A stretch of 64,000 nucleotides of DNA from Mobula hypostoma (taxonomy: Eukaryota), in contig NC_086118.1 of assembly GCF_963921235.1 (NCBI RefSeq), forward strand, positions 14,014,001 to 14,078,000, given 5' to 3'. The notes beneath the pieces are model-generated. The model was given only the letters and a program-made list of their open reading frames with translations, was not told the origin of the DNA and searched no databases. The translations under genes were made by a program, and so were the position numbers. Shown here one piece after another: positions 62,070 to 64,000 of the stretch. Position 1 is the stretch's first letter; each line of letters starts with the position of its first letter.

Positions 62070-64000
62070 TGTAATATTGATGTGACTCGGACACCACTGT
62101 AGATTGAACAACCAACTTTATTCACCAGGCTTCCATTTTTTAAACCCTTTTTCACGTCCTGACGTCATACGCACTCTGACACTACGAATACTCACACAAT
62201 ACATTACATCCCCCTTCTCAAGACTTTTTTTTACAACACTGTGAATTACCAAAACAATGCCTGTAGGTATGCGCTTCTTACAGTGCAAGACTATGGCATA
62301 AACTATAAAAAATCTTACCTTCTTGTACTGTATTCTGCATTGTATTTTACAATACTAACAGCAGTGTATTTTCTTTTACTAACATACACTAATAAACGTT
62401 TTATTTCACACTTGGAACTTATGATATGTGTGACTTTGCCTCAAACTGTATGTCTAGTCTCTGTACCTAGCTGGAAGTTTGACTTGTCTCTCAGACCGTG
62501 TGTGATACAACTGTGACTGTGCTTGTCCTTCATCAGTGTCAGTCTCTCGAGTGATCTCTGTGTCTTTGCGGTCTGCATCGTTCTTGGTGTCGTTTGTTTC
62601 CATGTCTGTATATGTGTAAATGTCCTGTGCATCTGTACGTGGAAACTCCCTCTCACCTGTCTTCAGCAGATGCTTCCTGTTCCTCCTGTAGACTCTTCCA
62701 TCCGGCGTGCGAGCTATGAAGGATCTTGGTTGCTGATGTCTGTTCACAACCACAGCTGATTGCCAAGTGTCTCCTCTCTGTATTCTGACATTTTCACCTG
62801 TATGCAGATCTGGCAACTGTCTTGTATGTCTGTCATAGTAGCACTTTTGCTTGTCATGTACTTGATGATTACGTTCAGGAGTCAGTAGAGTTGTGGATGT
62901 TGGCAGTTTAGACTTCAGACGACGTCCCATCAACAGCTGCGCAGGAGAGAACCCCACACCCTCAATCAGTGTGTTGCGGTATTCAAGCAGAGCGATGTAA
63001 GGGTCACCGTTGCTGCTATGTGCCTTCTTGAGCATGTTCTTGACAGTTTGTACAGTTCTCTCTGCTTGTCCATTAGAACATGTTGAACTTCTCCTCAGAG
63101 ATGGGTAGCTGAGGTGTAACCCAGTTGACCTCCAGCTCTCTTCCTAGCAACTCTTCCTCTTGCTCTTTGAGCTAAGCATGGCTCAAAGCATCAGCAATGT
63201 GCAGTTCTTTTCCTGGCTTATAGGTGACTGTGAGAGTGTACCTCTGTAGCCTGAGAAGCATCCTTTGCAGCCTCATAGAAGCTTGGTGGAGTGGCTTTTT
63301 GAAGATGCTCTCAAGTGGTTTGTGATCACTCTCAACCTGGATTTCTTTGCTATATACATATTGGTGGAACTTCACACACCCAAAAACTATGGCGAGTAAT
63401 TCCTTCTCTATTTGAGCATATCAGCGTTGACAGTTCGTAAGTGCTCGTGATCCTTACGCCACAGGCCTCCCATCCTGCAGTATATCAGCTCCTATTCCTT
63501 CCGAACTGGCATCTACAGACATCATCACTGGTTTATTGACATCATAGAACTTGAGTACTGGTGCATTGGTAACCAACTGCTTCAATGTGTCAAAACTTTT
63601 CTTTTGTTTGTCTTCCCAATGCCATTCAGTGTTGCTCTCTAGTAGCTTTTGGAGTGGAGCGCTGACCTCTGATAAGTTGGGAATGAACTTGGCAAGATAC
63701 TGTATCATGCCCATGAACCTCAATAGTTCTTGCTTGTCTTCGGGTGGTGGTAGCTGTACCACAGCTCTGACATTTTCATCATCTGGTTTTAGCCCATCAG
63801 CACTGAGCACATGACCTATGTATTTGATCTCTGTAGTCCTGATCTTACATTTACTTTTGTTCAGCTTTAGGTTGTACTCACGTGCTCTCTCCAGGAGCTT
63901 CCTCAATCTCTGATCACGTTCCTCAATTGTATCACCCCATATCAGCAAATCATCAATGATGTTGACCACCCCGTCCAGGCCTTCAGTCACTTGTGTCACG
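62070..64000 (-). mobile_element. Ty3/Gypsy LTR retrotransposon, 3' part (runs off the window)
   Basis: RT (IIDDLLIWG, FMGMIQYLAKFIP), RNase H (VDASSEGIGA, YAQIEKELLAI, SDHKPL), integrase C-terminus (ALLEYRNT, SPAQLLMGR, RRNRKHL), PPT agaaggggga (62209-62218), and 3' LTR 62070-62208 with TGTAAT...ATTACA ends. Confidence 0.95.

Overview
Repeat-dense eukaryotic DNA, intergenic or deep-intronic, with no host protein-coding gene I can identify. The repeat repertoire (CR1/HER1-type LINEs, HE1/V-type SINEs, Rex1/Babar LINEs) suggests a cartilaginous fish; this is an inference. Contents: a decayed RLE-type (HERO-like) non-LTR retrotransposon; an ERV-L-like class III endogenous retrovirus with nested mariner MITE and Penelope insertions; many CR1 and Rex1/Babar fragments; Penelope-like (GIY-YIG) elements; hAT (Buster/Charlie-type) and Tc1 remnants; a solo LTR; a Gypsy element; and a 43-bp minisatellite. 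The main discovery signal is three distinct self-cleaving-ribozyme-like RNA motifs on three retroelement types. (1) A permuted/pseudoknotted hammerhead-like core lies in the HERO-like 3' UTR (348-411, minus). (2) An HDV-like ribozyme fold with an unusual hairpin inserted in L3 starts exactly at the 5' end of a ~560-nt non-coding element (26994-27178). (3) About ten minimal type I hammerheads lie in Penelope termini and their short derivatives. All family calls come from motif recognition by eye. No database search or folding computation was run, and most repeat boundaries are approximate.
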